DNA of 64,000 bases from Eledone cirrhosa (taxonomy: Eukaryota): positions 300,700,001 to 300,764,000 of the forward strand of contig OZ024741.1 of assembly GCA_964016885.1 (NCBI GenBank). The letters are read 5' to 3'. The notes under the pieces are model-generated. The model was not told where the DNA came from. It saw only the letters and a program-made list of their open reading frames with translations, and did not search any database. Below, piece by piece: positions 1 to 12,786 of this stretch. Numbering within the stretch: the first letter of the stretch is position 1; every line of letters begins with the position of its first letter. Both the position numbers and the translations under genes were made by a program.

Positions 1-1336
1 TACAGGCACACATATATATATGTACGTATCAGTTTTAGCGAACATTTATTATAATGTTCGCTTTGTTCGTTTGTAAACAAACGGACAGCCTGATTTATGC
101 CGTACGGTGTTAAGTCAACCAAGTCACATTTTTGTTCAACACTGACACAGGAACGATGTACTAGTTTCAAGCTTGTTAGCTATCATTCAGCACCGTATAC
201 CCTTCTGCCAGATGGTTGAACGTTCGAAAGTATATACTTTCCTTATGAAAATTAACGGATGAACAGCCTAATTTGCATATCGAGGGAGTTCAGTCGGCCA
301 GGCGCACCCAAAACGATAAAATGGAATAGAATGAAATGAAATTTCATTTCTCACTCTTAGTACGGCACTTTCTTAAATATAAGTATGTATGTATACGTAC
401 ATACATATATGTATACAGACGTACAGTAGCATGTATATATACATATATATATATATACATACAGGCACACATATATATATGTACGTATCAGTTTTAGCGA
501 ACATTTATTATAATGTTCGCTTTGTTCGTTTGTAAACCAACGGACAGCCTGATTTATGCCATACGGTGTTAAGGCAACCACGTCACCTTTTTGTTCAACA
601 CTGACACAGGAACGATGTACTAGTTTCAAGCTTGTTAGCTATCGTCTGCACCGTATACCCTTCTTCCAGATGGTTGAACGTTCGAAAGTATATACTTTCC
701 TTATGAAAATTAACGGCTGAGCAGCCTAATTTGCATATCGAGTGAGTTCAGTCAGCCAGGCGCACCGAAAACGATAAAATGGAATAGAATGAAATGAAAT
801 TTCATTTCTCACTCTTAAGACGGCACTTACTTAAATGTAAGTATGTATGTATACGTACATACATATATGTATACAGACGTACAGTAGCATGTATATATAT
901 ATATACATACAGGCACACATATATATATGTACGTATAAGTTTCAGCGAACATTTATTATAATGTTCACTTTGTTCGTTTGTAAACAAACGGACAGCATAA
1001 TTTATGCCGTACGGTGTTAAGGCAACCACGTCATCTTTTTGTTCAACAGTGACACAGGAACGATGTACTAGTTTCAAGCTTGTTAGCTATCGTCTGCACC
1101 GTATACCCTTCTGCCAGATGGTTGAACGTTCGAAAGTATATACTTTCCTTATGAAAATTAACGGCTGAGCAGCCTAATTTGCATATCGAGTGAGTTCAGT
1201 CGGCCAGGCGCACCGAAAACGATAAAATGGGATAGAATGAAATGAAATTTCACTTCTCACTCTTAGTACGGCGCTTACTTAAATGTAAGTATTTATGTAT
1301 ACGTACATACATATATGTATACAGACGTACAGTAGC

Positions 1337-1427
<91 letters not shown>

Positions 1428-1646
1428 CAGGCACACATACATATATGTACGTATCAGTTTTAGCGAACATTTATTATAATGTTCACTTTGTTCGTTTGTA
1501 AACAAACGGACAGCCTGATTTATGCCGTACGGTGTTAAGACAACCACGTAATCTTTTTGTTCAACACTGACACAGGAACGATGTACTAGTTTCAAGCTTG
1601 TTAGCTATCGTCAGCACCGTATACCCATCAGCCAGATGGTTGAACG
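1..1646 (-). repeat. Tandem array of ~450-520 bp units, each with a hammerhead ribozyme motif (retrozyme-like / tandem pLTR)
   Basis: The unit recurs at spacings of 459, 448 and 518 bp, varying mainly in an internal (TA)n. Hammerhead motifs lie on the minus strand at 153-196, 612-654, 1060-1102 and 1578-1620. The array continues off the left edge. Confidence 0.9.
1578..1620 (-). ncRNA. Type I minimal hammerhead ribozyme (canonical copy)
   Basis: Minus strand reads acggtg CTGACGA t-agct aaca agct-t GAAA ctag TA catcgt. Stem I is 6 bp with one GU, stem II is 4 bp, stem III is the palindrome ACTAGT, and the triplet is GUA. Confidence 0.85.
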
Positions 1647-1843
1647 TACGGTGCTCACGATAGCTAACAAGCTTGAAACTAGTACATCGTTCCTGTGTCA
1701 GTGTTGAACAAAAAGGTGACGTGGTTGCCTTAACACCGTACGGCATAAACAGGCTGTCCGTTTGTTTACAAACGAACAAAGCGAACATTATAATAAATGT
1801 TCGCTAAAACTGATACGTACATATATGTATGTGTGCCTATATG

Positions 1844-1941
<98 letters not shown>

Positions 1942-1993
1942 GCTACTGTACGTCTGTATACATATATGTATGTACATATACATACATACTTAC

Positions 1994-1995
<2 letters not shown>
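1647..1995 (+). repeat. Inverted partial copy of the array unit (foldback arm)
   Basis: Reverse complement of ~1283-1621 with a 25-nt spacer. It begins at hammerhead stem I (core mutated to CTCACGA) and ends in (TA)n. Confidence 0.9.
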
Positions 1996-2067
<72 letters not shown>

Positions 2068-2223
2068 TAAAATAACAGATTAAAGTTTAAGCAAAGAATC
2101 GCTGCTTTCACCCTTAACGGGATCTTCTGAAACTAACAAAGTCAATCTGTAAACGCAGAACTGGATATTTCAAAAAACCTTGCAACCGGAGGAAGACAGG
2201 AAGACGATACTTTGGCTCGTGGA

Positions 2224-2493
2224 AACGTTCGCTGGCAAAGAACGGGAAAAAACGTATAATACGTCAATAATAGGAGCGGTGAAAAACAATTACGCGCAAA
2301 GACAGAACAACGTTTATGGTATAAAAGAGGTCGTAGACTAATGTTCTCTTAGGTGGTGCATAGAGACGTTCTCTGGCAATGAACGAAAAAACGAAGATAA
2401 TAAGTCATATGTGGAGCGTGGAGAACAATAGCACGCAAAGACAAAACCACGTAAATGGTATAGCAGAAGTTGTAGACTAAAATTCTAACTAGG
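2224..2493. repeat. Diverged ~141-bp direct duplication
   Basis: acgttc(g/t)ctggcaa...cgcaaagaca...atggtata...gtagactaa occurs at 2224-2352 and 2365-2493. Confidence 0.75.
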
Positions 2494-2693
2494 AGACCAA
2501 ATGAATCTCCGCTACAGAGTTAAGAACAAAGTAAATAAATACAATACAGAAGTAATAGAAACAAATAAATACATACACGCAAACAGATACGTACATACAC
2601 AAGCATACGCAAAACCTTACGGTTCTTATATATTTGATATATATTTTCCTTATCGAGCCCTCTTTGGATTTTAGCCTTCAATTTTATTATTAT

Positions 2694-2773
<80 letters not shown>

Positions 2774-2938
2774 GAAGTTAACATTTAGTGTTAATCATTT
2801 TCTAACCCAGAAAAGAGAGAGAAACAAAACAGGAAAAAAATATATTTTCCTTCCTAATAATCCTCTCTTTCTCCCTGTTTTCATATATATATAAAGAAAG
2901 AAAAAGATGAAATCGAAAATGCAACTGGCGTCTTATTT

Positions 2939-3046
<108 letters not shown>

Positions 3047-3280
3047 GTCCTTTTAACGGTTTCGCAGTTTTCTGCTTTTCAAAAGTAGAGTTGAGATGGA
3101 GGGTCTGGTTTTTCCCACATCTGGTTGGTCTTTGAATGTTACTTGTTTTATATGGAAAAAAGTGGCTCACGAAGGCTTTTTTTTTATGTAATTTGATTGG
3201 TTATAAATGAAATTATGGCTGTGACGTGAACAAGTTCATTAAATTTATATATATATATATATAAAGAGATTGTAAACATG

Positions 3281-3411
3281 AAGGTTAATATGGAAATGGG
3301 TTCTACAGAACTAGAACTGTTTCATTCAAAAGAAATCGCGAGGGCTTCTCTGATGATTTCCTTTGAATGAAACAGTCCTAGCCCTGCGTAATCAATTTCT
3401 ATATTAACCTT
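3281..3411 (+). mobile_element. Small foldback with degenerate hammerhead
   Basis: Imperfect arms at 3281-3337 and 3355-3411. Hammerhead-like agggct..CTGATGA tttc cttt gaat GAAA cag TC ct agccct at 3341-3385. Confidence 0.6.
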
Positions 3412-4489
3412 GAGATTCTTCTAATGTGCTGAGTACCTTACTAACTCTGGTTACCTCCAATTGAACACATTCATACACAGTCACACACACAAACACACAC
3501 ACGTGCACGTGTGTGTGACTGTATGTGAGTGGTTATTTAATATTTCGGTTCATATCTTATATGTCACGTAAAATATGTGAATGCACAATGCATGAATAAA
3601 TATTTGTAAAGCTGTAGCAGGTAAAGAGATTAACTTTACTCAGGAAGTTAAATTCTAATTTTTCAATCTAAAGATTGTATATAATATTTTTGTTTTTGAT
3701 ATTGTTTCTGATCATATCATTATGAATTTGATCTAATTTCTCTTAGTTCTTCAGCTATTATTCTGTATTCCTGTCATGTTCCAGTAGCAGCGGTACACAA
3801 TATCTCGTCGCCATAAAATCAAATTAGTAACGATTACTATGCAAACCATTTTCCCAATACAAGTTAATTGTATGATTGCGTTCATGAGAGCGAAATGTTT
3901 TTTCGAAAATAAACATCTTATTAGCAGCCACGAAGTATGTTTTCTTGAATTTATTTGTTTATTAATTTTCCTTGCTTTCCTGTCGTCTGATGTGATTTTA
4001 TGAGTGTAAAATATTGCTTTTTCCTATTTCAACCTATTTACAAATCGAAATATGAAGAAGAGTCAATAAAACAATGTAGTGGTCTTCAAATGTTTCAAAG
4101 GTTCTCGAGCAAAACAAATCAAGTAAAATATGCCCAGTGTAAAATGAAATCAAGCCATAGATAATACACACGCCTGGAGCCAATACCTACACTGAAATAC
4201 GCTATATATATATACAAATATATATACGCTTTATATATATACAAATAATTAATTCGGGATTCTTTTATTTTCTTGAATTTTGTATTAAAATATGTGTATG
4301 CAAATTGAAGTGGCATACTGTGTAGTATATTTGAGCCATATACATTCATTAAGGTGGTGAATTGGCAGAATCATTATGCAAAGGAAATGTCTCTCTAGAT
4401 GGATCACGTATATGGTGCAAACAGAGAGTTTGAATACAAATCCTTCACTGCTGAAATCACTGCAGCCTTGGGTGCAGTGGTGAGAGTCA

Positions 4490-5900
4490 TATATCCCAAT
4501 GAGAGGCTTCAATGCACATATTGGCACTGACCATCTGACATGGAAATGAATGACTGAAGGAAACGATGATCCAGATATAAATGCGAATAGAAAGGCCTTA
4601 TTAGACTTCTGTCTTGGTAATATGCTCTCTATTATGAACATCTTATCAGCACTTTTTAACATGCGTATTTACGTATGTTTAAAAGTAAATCGAGGACAGA
4701 GATCATTACTTGATTTCCTTATTGTCTGTAATCTTTTCTATTCTGTGCTGGATGTCCATTTTAAGAGAGGGGAAGAGCTGTCTATTGATCAGTATCTATT
4801 TTTCTGCAGCCTGTGACAATCTAAATCCAAGTATCATCACACTATTGGCAGGTCCAGCTCGCGAACAGGATAAGGGGGACACGCTGACTGATGCAAGGTT
4901 TAGGACCAGATATGCGGATACTATTGCTTCGCAATTCAGAGAACTCCTTGAACAAAGTGAAATGGTATGGTGACTGCTGAACACGACATTTACTTTTTCA
5001 GCTGTTAAATGCTCCGGGCGAAATTAGCTTAGTATCGATACGAGTTGCAGCAGGATTTCCTGATTCATTCCTTAGGTTAAAGATGACATTGAAAACATCG
5101 GAAGCTTACAAAGCTTGGTTTAGAAATAAGTCTTCCTTCTTGGACTTGCGGTACAAGCAGGTGAGAAAAGACGCAGTACAGGAGTCCAAATGTAATGGCG
5201 TTCGAGTTAAGGAGGAATCTGAATATACATTATCAAATAAAGTATTCTGGCAGTACATCCGCCGACTCTGTAATAAGTATCCCCGTTCACATTTGCCATC
5301 TGCATTCGTCTCTGATTCTTCTCTCTGAGATGTAGAGAATTTTCTTTTCAATCCCCTAAATCCGTTGCAACAACATTTTCTCGGAGGCTGAGGTCACCAG
5401 AGGGATTAAAGGGCTCAAATAGGGCAACCCCTCTAGGGAGGATGGAATTCGGCCAGAGATATTAACACATTTAAATAGAGAAGGTATTATCTGGCTGATT
5501 CATGCGTGTCGGGGGAACTGGATTTCTAGGAAGGCAACTAAGTAAGGCCAATCCGGTGTGATAAACCAAATTTTCAAAATGGGACACAAGAAAGATTTCC
5601 TTAATTGTAGAGGAATACTAAGTGCCTGACAAAAAGATGAAAGGATATTGTCGAGTCCAAGCCATCTGGCGAACAGAGTGTTTTTCTCCTCGGACACAAC
5701 AGAGCCGCTCTTCTGGAGATATTGCGGGTTGTCTAAAAACGTATATGGCTGTTTCATATCTCGAAAAGGCAATGACCGAGTTCCACAGGACTTGTTGCGA
5801 AAAGCTCTGTAGGAGTATGGAATGGATAGATAGATTCTTGATGACTTAAAGTACATATACGAACGGCCTATTCTTTGTGTTCATTTACATGGTGTAGGAT
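4490..5900 (+). pseudogene. Decayed RTE-like LINE (APE endonuclease end, linker, start of RT)
   Basis: Peptides LLDFCLGNMLSIMN, GQRSLLDF, NKVFWQYIRRL, KGHKKDFLNCRGI and YLEKA, broken by many stops and frameshifts. Confidence 0.65.
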
Positions 5901-6011
5901 CACTCGGCAGGAATTAACAGCCCACATCGCTCTACGGTTTTGTTTTTCTCTCTCTCTCTATCTATCTATCTCCCTCACACACACACATATATATATATAT
6001 GTATGTGTGTG

Positions 6012-6160
<149 letters not shown>

Positions 6161-6278
6161 GTGATTACACAACAGTTAGTTCACCATACCAAAATGTTGT
6201 GTAATCGCTTCTACCTAACTCGTCCCTTGGACTGAGTGCTCTACCACTACGGATATTACATTCCAGTGTTCCACCACT

Positions 6279-6334
<56 letters not shown>

Positions 6335-6533
6335 GCACACAGACTATATATATATATATATATACTCTTAGTAGAGTTTGCAGCTATCATATATATATAT
6401 ATATATTTATATAAAGATTTACATATATATATATATATATACATATATACATATACGTGTTTTGCAACGGGTCACTTTGTGGCTCAATGAAAAGTTAATA
6501 AATTAAATAATCAGAGCTATATATGATAAAAAC

Positions 6534-6730
6534 TGTCTATAGAATCACCAGATAAAATATATACCATTTCCTCTCCCAATTAGCATAATTAACCATATAA
6601 AAAATATTTGTTGGAGATTTCTTCATAGAAGCCTTATTCTTATAGCTTTGTCTATTCGATTTTTTATATGGTTAATTATGCTAATTGGGAGAGGAAATGG
6701 TATATATTTTATCTGGTGATTCTATAGACA
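6534..6730. repeat. Foldback: 72-bp inverted arms, 53-nt spacer, next to (TA)n
   Basis: 6534-6605 is the reverse complement of 6659-6730. Confidence 0.9.
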
Positions 6731-6824
6731 TGTTTTATGATATATATATATATATATATTTCGTTTCTGAATTTGTTTAGCAAGATTCTTTATCTTTATT
6801 GGCAACATGACCCTCCCAAAGTAT

Positions 6825-6888
<64 letters not shown>

Positions 6889-7041
6889 ATATATATATGA
6901 TAGCTGAAAACTGCTAAAAGTACTGCAATTGCTTAGAGGATTATAGAGTTTGGTGCAGATTTAGGCTACGGCCAGTCACACAAAACTGTTACATATCCTG
7001 AACAGGCAATGCCTGTGCTTTGAATGTTTTCTAAGTGGGGA

Positions 7042-7130
7042 AAGGCCTTTCAGTTGACCAGTCCCACTCTCGGAGCATCGAAAACACTAACCGAAAAGGA
7101 GAACTGGTCAACATCATCAGATGCTTCCGA
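7042..7130 (-). ncRNA. Hammerhead-like motif with long stem II; stem I not evident
   Basis: Minus strand reads CTGATGA t-gttgaccagt...actggtcaac-t GAAA ggcc TT, with a 10-bp stem II and palindromic AAGGCCTT. Confidence 0.5.
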
Positions 7131-7447
7131 AGCCACAGGTTTTGTTTTTTTTCCAGAATTTCCCTCTCCTAGAAAGGTGTTGTGACAACAACTGGGGGCC
7201 TTTTTCTCCCAGGTGAAAAGAAAAAGTACTATTTGGATGACCGATGACTCTGCTGAGTTTCTCCGCCCTTTGTCGGGTCTTGTATTTCATCCTGCCGGGT
7301 ATCCAAATATCACCCTCATCACCAAGCAAGCTCGGTGGGGTTGCCAGTTTAGTCGCCCACGACCCGACCATGAGACACGTTGTACTGGGTTACATAGAAT
7401 TATACTACTTAAAATATACACATACATAAACACACACATATAGGCAA

Positions 7448-7478
<31 letters not shown>

Positions 7479-7758
7479 GAACAAAAATATAATATTCGAA
7501 AAACTCAGATTACCTTTATTGTATTTAGCCACGTAGAGCGATAACTTTTTGTTAGTTATTTGAATATGGCAAAGTCGGCCATTAATCGCTCGTATACATG
7601 AAACTGACTGGCCTGTCTGCTAACTGGCTGAGCAGTGAATCTGCTAATATGTAGATCTGGCTGATCAGTCAGACTGCTAATATGCAAATCAGGCCGATCA
7701 GTCACTGTATATTTTAAATAAATCATATTTTTGTACTAGCTCTGACAGCTGGCAGGTG

Positions 7759-7819
7759 AACAGGGAACTACACTGATGAAGAGTATTCACCCAGAAACAT
7801 TAGTGTCTGCACTTCTGTT
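7759..7819 (+). ncRNA. Degenerate type I hammerhead ribozyme
   Basis: aacagggaactaca CTGATGA agagt attc accca GAAAC attagt GTC tgcacttctgtt. The core is intact and the stems are partly mismatched. Confidence 0.65.
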
Positions 7820-8639
7820 TACATGCCAACACAAAAGCAAGAAGGTGGGGGGGTCATTCTACAGGCATCGCTTAAAAAAGAGGCTTGTTTGCATAATTGC
7901 AAACGAATCGAATATTATCATCAATATTCGAAAAACGCAGATGACATCTTATATATATATTGTGTGTGTGTGTGCGTGTGTATGTGTGTGTGTGTGCCTA
8001 TGTGTGTGTGTACATATGTGTGTGTGTATATATATATATGTGCGAGTGTGTATGAATGTGTTTTAAGTAGTATAATTCTATAATACTTCTATGGGGATTA
8101 ATGTCTCGAAATTACACATTCTTTTGAAAATAAATATCACCGTCAATGCACATTTTCGTTATCAGATGCTTTCTTTTCCGGAAAGATACTTTAGGGATAT
8201 GCTTAATATTACTAATTCAGTATATCTATATTATAGAATATACATGTACATATAAATAGCATAACAGATAATCACTGAAAATCTAATTCTATACAAATGA
8301 GATACTTTTCGCCGAAGAAAATAGATTTCAAAAGTTTACAATATCTATGCTGTTGTCTTTTGATGTATCTAATAAAACCTTTTAAAAAAGTGATAGATTT
8401 TATAGAATCGAAGCAAACATTACAAAAACTAGATATTTTGTATGAAATTCTGTAGTGAAGAGAATATATATATGCGTATGAATAAATTAATAGAATACAT
8501 ATTATGTCCCTATATGGTTAAACAATAAAATGAAATTTTCTTATTTTGTGTACTTGAATTTAGCAGATTGTAAAGAAACATATACATATATATATGGAAA
8601 GACACTCTTATTTGAAGTGACATTTGACAATCTTATTTA

Positions 8640-8807
8640 TAAAGCGTCAGACACCATGCTTTGCAGCATAGAGTTATGACCCTTTACTTTCTGAGTTCAA
8701 ATCCCGCCGAGGTTAGCTTTGCTTCTCATTCTTACGGGGTCGATAAAATAAAGCATCAGTAATGTACTGGGGTAATTGCTGGCCTTGTGCCTAAAGTACA
8801 AACAATT
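8640..8807 (+). mobile_element. tRNA-derived SINE, family A
   Basis: B box GAGTTCAAATCCC followed by the shared body gccgaggt...tttgc.t.tcat.cttacggggtcgataaaataaag...gctggccttgtgcc. Confidence 0.85.
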
Positions 8808-10132
8808 ATTTAGAAAGGATCCGTCATTAATAAATTCCTACCGCTCCGTTTTACACGTTTTTCTCGATTCAATATTGGAAAAAGTTCCCGCGGCAAACAT
8901 TTACATGATTGTTTGAAATACTGGAAATATTACCCAAATTGTCTTGTCTTGGTGTATAACAAATATTACTTTGGTTAGTATGTATCTAGATAGGCCATAT
9001 CTAAAAGTAAATGACTTGGGTTATAAGGTATCTCGATCCGAATGTGATATATGGTTAACCAAGAAAACCAACTATAATTTAATTATGTAACTAAATATGA
9101 ATGGAATTATTGATTTACGAAACTTAAAAATTAAAAGGAATGAAAGTGGATTAATTTCCTCTGAGATTTGAAATTATATATCTGCAAACAGAACATTTAT
9201 ATATAAGATGTCTGAATTTGTCAGTAACGGATTTATATCGACTGAACGTCACAAATCATGATAAAAAGCATTCCATTCGATACTATATAACAAATATGAA
9301 ATATATTTGATTTTTATTCGTTCAATAGAGACAGAGATGATGTGAAAAGATAATTATAACATTCCTAATATCAATATTGATGCAGGTAAAGTTAAATGGC
9401 TCCAATTACGAATAAATTCACGCAACTGATTCATACCTTCATTTCTTTCTATATGTTTCCCGCTCCTCTCTCACTCACTCTTTCACTCACTAACACTGTC
9501 AATCGCTCTAATTGTAGCGCCCCTGGTTCAACTTCACATTGCTCCACTAGCGCTGATGATATGATTTAGATTTTACAATAAATATTATCAATATTCTAGA
9601 TAAAATATTGACTAAAAGATTTGCAATATATGAACTGCAGATATCGATAAACAGGGGTCAATGGCTTTGTAGCACGAAGTCTTTCAACATCAAATAACCA
9701 GTGCATAGTTTGCATCTTTGAATCGTTTGACGAAAGTATATCCTAATATAAATATTATGGGACTTTCAGAGATCTGAAATAGGCGCATTGTGTAAGTGAT
9801 GAAACAATTAAATCTATCTTGTAGTTGTTATTGTTGTTTAACCCAAAGCGAAATCATGATTTGTCAGATTTATTATCAAAGACATTTCAGCTATGTTCAT
9901 AACATTCTGACAACGATACTGAGGACTACATTAACTACAATGCAGCACTTTCTATTTTTATGTCTTTTGGTTTAGCAACACTTTATAATACTTCTTATAT
10001 AACACATCAAATATCGGGAACCAAATATTATCATAGATTCAGGTAGTAGGATGTTATCTCGGCTTCTACTAGCGCTATTTGAAAATATAATAGATAAATA
10101 CTGTATAGATATATATGTCAACTGGTCTCGCT

Positions 10133-10194
10133 AGAAGAAGAAGAAGAAGAAGAAGAAGAAGAAGAAGAAGAAGAAGAAGAAGAAGAAGAAGAAG

Positions 10195-10224
<30 letters not shown>
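10133..10224. repeat. (GAA)n microsatellite
   Basis: About 30 perfect GAA units. Confidence 0.95.
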
Positions 10225-10225
<1 letters not shown>

Positions 10226-10860
10226 CGGGGTCCCTGTTACAGCGCATGACGCTGGTTATTGTCCGCAGAAATGCCTTTGCAGTTTTGTCTACAGGGTGCA
10301 ACTAAATCACCGCCCCAACCTAGGTGTAGAGTCTGCCACCCTCTTTCTTCCTTGCCTAATAGTCCTTGTCTTTTCCCAATAGTCCTTGCTCTTTCCCTCA
10401 TTTTCTTCATATTTATGGCATTTATAGTCTTTTCCTCTACTTTCCTATACAGTCAGATGTACACTTCTTTACTCCTTCTCTCTTTTTTCATTACTTAATT
10501 TGGTTTTTATCTTTTTTTAAATATTTTCCATCATACCTTTTGTTTGTAAAATATATTTGATTGACATTACTGCTAAATATTTGGTTTTTGCGTTTGTTTG
10601 CAAGATTCTTAGTGTGAAACCGTGTAATGAAAGATATTGTTATATTTTGGGAGTGCCTTGCTGCCAATAAAACACACGTACCAGTTGAGTTTCACGTCAG
10701 AGTTTTTCATTATTTGGGTAACTAATCCATTCACCGGTCACTTTAGTAATCAGATGGTTGTTTACTTGTTACTTGTCACGTTAAGTGTCAAATCTCCTTC
10801 GTTACACATCGTGAGTACACTTATTGCTTGCGTCTCCTCTTATACCAAGATGGAGTAAGA
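10225..10860 (-). mobile_element. Probable decayed LINE 3' end with (TTC)n tail
   Basis: A-rich, coding-like minus strand that ends directly at the TTC run. No diagnostic motif recognised. Confidence 0.3.
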
Positions 10861-11867
10861 TACTGCTAAATAATTTTGTTAATTTTGTTTTTTGTAGATA
10901 TATCACCATCATATGAATGAACACTTTATTAAGCAACTTACTGCAGTTTAGTTAGTTCCCACAACACATAATACTTTTATGAAAAATAAGATTAGATCAG
11001 TTTGCCAGAAAATATTATAGATCTGCAGGGCAAACAAAACTTGTTACGTTTAATATACTTTCTGCACAAAGTCGATATTATAAGTAGGATCCAAATAATG
11101 GTTAATATCGTCCATCAATTTTCGATTTATTGCAGAATCAAAAGAAATATTTGATGGTAGCGTTAAATATATCGAAATCACTTGGACTAATATTGTTCAA
11201 ACCTGTTTAGTGATTTTAGCACAGAGAAAAACTCGTTTCCGTTATCCAATCTTCCCATCGTGTGTCTAGTTATATTTGCATACACCATGGCTGTAATTAT
11301 AGAAAAGAGTGTGTGTGTGTGGGGGGGGGGGGGGGTATATATTTTTTGTTCGTTATTTATTATACATTAAGTCAACTAATAGTTTGGATATAAAAGAATA
11401 AACACATTCTACTGACATCTCATTTGAAAAAGAAATATTATCAGCATTTAAAACTTTAACATCAGCAGAGTAACAAACCACTCTTTTAAAACTCTGCTTT
11501 ATTTCAATCTATTTTCCGGGAGTACATTGCAAGGTACTTGGGTGACATGACTGATCATCAAAGATACGCTCAGCAGTAATTTTCTTTTCTAGTTATTAAT
11601 TTAGGATGTTTAGAACATTATCTCTCCGTTCGTGTCAATAAGAATATTTAACTTTGATTAATCTTATTTGTTCGAAACGAGAAAAAAAGTTTTTAGAAAT
11701 GAAGGCGTTTCATTTTATCGATACATAGTTCTCATGAAATGGTATGAATTCTAAAGACGTCTACAAATCAATTTGCATATGGAGAGAATGATTAAAAACA
11801 TAATTATACGTACATACATTAATAACGCTTAGATTTAGGCCTCTTCTCATATTTATCTCTCCCCCAT

Positions 11868-11870
<3 letters not shown>

Positions 11871-11932
<62 letters not shown>

Positions 11933-12071
11933 TGAGAGAGAGAGATGTATGTGTGAGTGTGTACATATATATGGGTGTGTGTGTTTGTTTATATATATAT
12001 ACGTGTGTGTGTGTGTATATGTATATATATATTTATAAATATATATGTATATATATATATAAATATATATG

Positions 12072-12104
<33 letters not shown>

Positions 12105-12462
12105 TATAAATATATATGTATATATATATAAATATATATGTATATATATAAATATATATATATATGTATGTATATATATATATAAATATATATATGTATA
12201 TATATATATATATAAATATATATATATATGTATGTATATATATATATAAATATATATGTATGTATATGCATATATATATATGTATATATATATATGCATA
12301 TATGTATATATATATATATATGTGTATATATATATATGTATATATATGTGTATATATATATGTATATATATATATGTATATATATATATGTATATATATA
12401 TGTATGTATGTATATATATATGTATATATATATGTATGTATGTATATATATATGTATGTATG

Positions 12463-12533
<71 letters not shown>

Positions 12534-12616
12534 GTATATGTATATATATATGTATATATGTATATATATGCATATGTATATATATGTATATGTATTTATA
12601 TATATATATATATGTG

Positions 12617-12674
<58 letters not shown>

Positions 12675-12754
12675 TATGAATGTATATGTATATATATGTA
12701 TATGTATATATATGTATATATATGTATACATATGTGTGTATATGTATATATATC

Positions 12755-12785
<31 letters not shown>
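11871..12785. repeat. ~900-bp compound (TA)n/(TG)n microsatellite
   Basis: Seen directly; it is the source of the YI-repeat ORFs. Confidence 0.95.
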
Positions 12786-12786
<1 letters not shown>

